Assembly: GCA_010093995.1 (NCBI GenBank)
Contig: ML992501.1
Location: 1,394,566-1,458,565, forward strand
Direction of reading: 5' to 3'
From: Elsinoe ampelina
Lineage: Eukaryota
DNA: 64,000 nt
The position numbers and the translations under genes were made by a program. The notes beneath the pieces are model-generated. The model had not been told where the DNA came from, searched no databases, and was given only the letters and a program-made list of their open reading frames with translations. Position 1 is the stretch's first letter; every line of letters begins with the position of its first letter. Positions 62,347 through 64,000 of the stretch are shown here, piece after piece.

Positions 62347-63635
62347 TTAAACACGGGCAAGCATGTACCTGACACCGGCCCAGGTCTCGACGGCGGTAGG
62401 TCTGATCTGAGCAGCAGGGAGCACGAAGCCGGTGCTACCAGTGTCACGAAGCTCATAGGTGAAGGAGTAAGTGGCACCACCAACATCTCCAACGTAATCG
62501 GTGGAGGAACCAGATGTGGCGTAGAGAGTGCTGCAGGACGGACCAGTGGTGTAAGTGGTACCAGAAACAGCGCGAATAGCAGCACCGGCACCTGCGGCCA
62601 AGGAGTTCTGGGCAGCCTGGTTTGTGGCCTGGGCGGTGCAGCTGTAGCCCTTGGGAGTGAGAATGTACTGGCCGTAAGAGTGGAAGTCAATGTAGAGTCT
62701 GATACCCTGGGCAGCCTTGAGGGCCTGGACGTTGGCGACAAGACCGCGGATCTCTGGAGAATCACCTTGCGCAACTCCACGGTACGTCTCCGAGCAAGGA
62801 TTTGTGGATGACCCTCCAGGAACAGACCACTGGTATGGCCAGTTACGGTTGTTATCGCGACCCACGCAGGTGTTCCCGCTGACAGTCTGCCTGTTCTTGC
62901 GCCACAAGCGATCAGTGGTTTGGGAGTAGAGGAAGCCATCCGGGTTGACTGGGACACTGTTAGAGAGTATCAGGGACATGGGGATGAGTATTGCCTACCA
63001 ATGGGGAAGATCTCGAATTGGAACTTGTTGACCGCAGTGGTAACCTCAGTGTTGGTGTTGTAGCCAGTCAGAAGCTGGTAGGCGAAGTACTCGACGTTCA
63101 TGGAGGTGATCCACTCACGAGCATGAACGTTGCCGTGGAACAACACATTGGGCCTTGCGTTCTCGCCACCGCTACCCCAGATACGGATACCAGTGATAAC
63201 ACGACCCTGGGAAGAGGAGCCCGCAGTGATGATCTTGGAGTTGGACGGGAAGGCACCCTGGAGATCGCGGAGGAAGGTCAAGTGGTCCGCGTACGGGTGG
63301 TAAGTGTCCCACCAAGTTGTGGAGGGAACTGCGGCAATGCTGACATAGTCGCTGGTGGTCTCCTGCGCGATGGAAGCGCCAAGATCCTCGTCGACTACGG
63401 TGCTGTTGAGACCGAGAGCCTCGAATGCGGCAAGCTTGGCTGGAGAGACAACGACATCAACCTCCTCAGCAGAGCTGATCTGCGAAAGATGGAATTGGCG
63501 AGTGGACTCGTGAATGGCCTTTGCGTCACCAGCGACACGGAATGCCTTGAAGCCGGTGTAGTCGACCTTTGGCTCACGAGGGAGGACGGAGGCTGTGGCC
63601 AAAGCGGCGAGAGAGGACCAGATAGCAGCCTTCAT
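62347..63635 (-). CDS. Secreted carboxypeptidase A (M14A) with propeptide, 2 exons
   Basis: Signal peptide, HAREW, VNPDG across intron 62998-62949, WRKNR, DNNRNW, DFHSYGQ and ELRD. Confidence 0.95.
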
Positions 63636-64000
63636 GGTGGATGATTTGCGGGTTGAAGAGTGATGGGTACAAGCTCTGGGGTGGGACGTACGAGTTATAT
63701 ATTCGCCAAAGCCAGAATCGCGGTCAAGAGGGTGTTTCGAATATGGCAGGTGTGATCTGCAGTCTCACGCCTCTGGGCTGATAGACTTTGGAGACCAATC
63801 TTGTGAAGGTTTGTATGGCGGCCCATGGTGGTGGCCAGCATGTGGAATTCCCCGGTGACGCGAGAACAGAGGCGACAATGTCAACCATGATGGGCTGGCG
63901 GTGATTGTGGACCTTCCTAAACCAAGCAGAACCCGCGACGTGCTCAAGCCCGAGGAGGGAGACCATTGGAGGTTGTGACCAAATGAACAGGACATACCAA

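Noticed and set aside
1..64000. tRNA, rRNA or other ncRNA genes
   Set aside because: None recognised by eye; tRNAscan-SE or Infernal would be needed to exclude them.

Overview
Eukaryotic DNA from a filamentous ascomycete: short GT-AG introns with CTRAY branch points, and AT-rich transposon relics with RIP-like C>T/G>A damage. 1-36.7 kb is a run of catabolic and transport genes: 3' end of a probable fungal transcription factor, GH88, an MFS permease, a GH43-like hydrolase, an alpha/beta hydrolase, an NCS1 permease, a hydantoinase-DUF917 fusion, an M14 carboxypeptidase, a Baeyer-Villiger monooxygenase and a DAL5-like MFS. Two TE blocks interrupt it. The first is a 12.4 kb nest of two Fot1/pogo elements with resolvable TIRs and TA TSDs, one carrying a full Gypsy chromovirus. 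The second is a Copia element with 141/142-identical LTRs and CGAGG TSDs. 36.7-45.5 kb is an accessory-looking island: a JmjC-like dioxygenase gene converging on a damaged GIY-YIG-like nuclease gene with four Cys-rich zinc-finger-like units, a RIP-mutated Tc1/mariner transposase and a truncated S8 subtilase. 45.7-64 kb holds mostly conserved genes: GH20, PRO2, a PPR-like protein, zeta-COP, RQC2, RTG2-like, a DUF4449/DUF5923-like protein and carboxypeptidase A. The best leads are the JmjC plus GIY-YIG-ZnF island and a cryptic antisense Zn2Cys6 gene inside the chromovirus. Others are a CpT-sparing mutation spectrum readable from TIR pairs and a missing AG splice acceptor in the hydantoinase gene. 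All family calls come from motif recognition by eye; no database searches were run.
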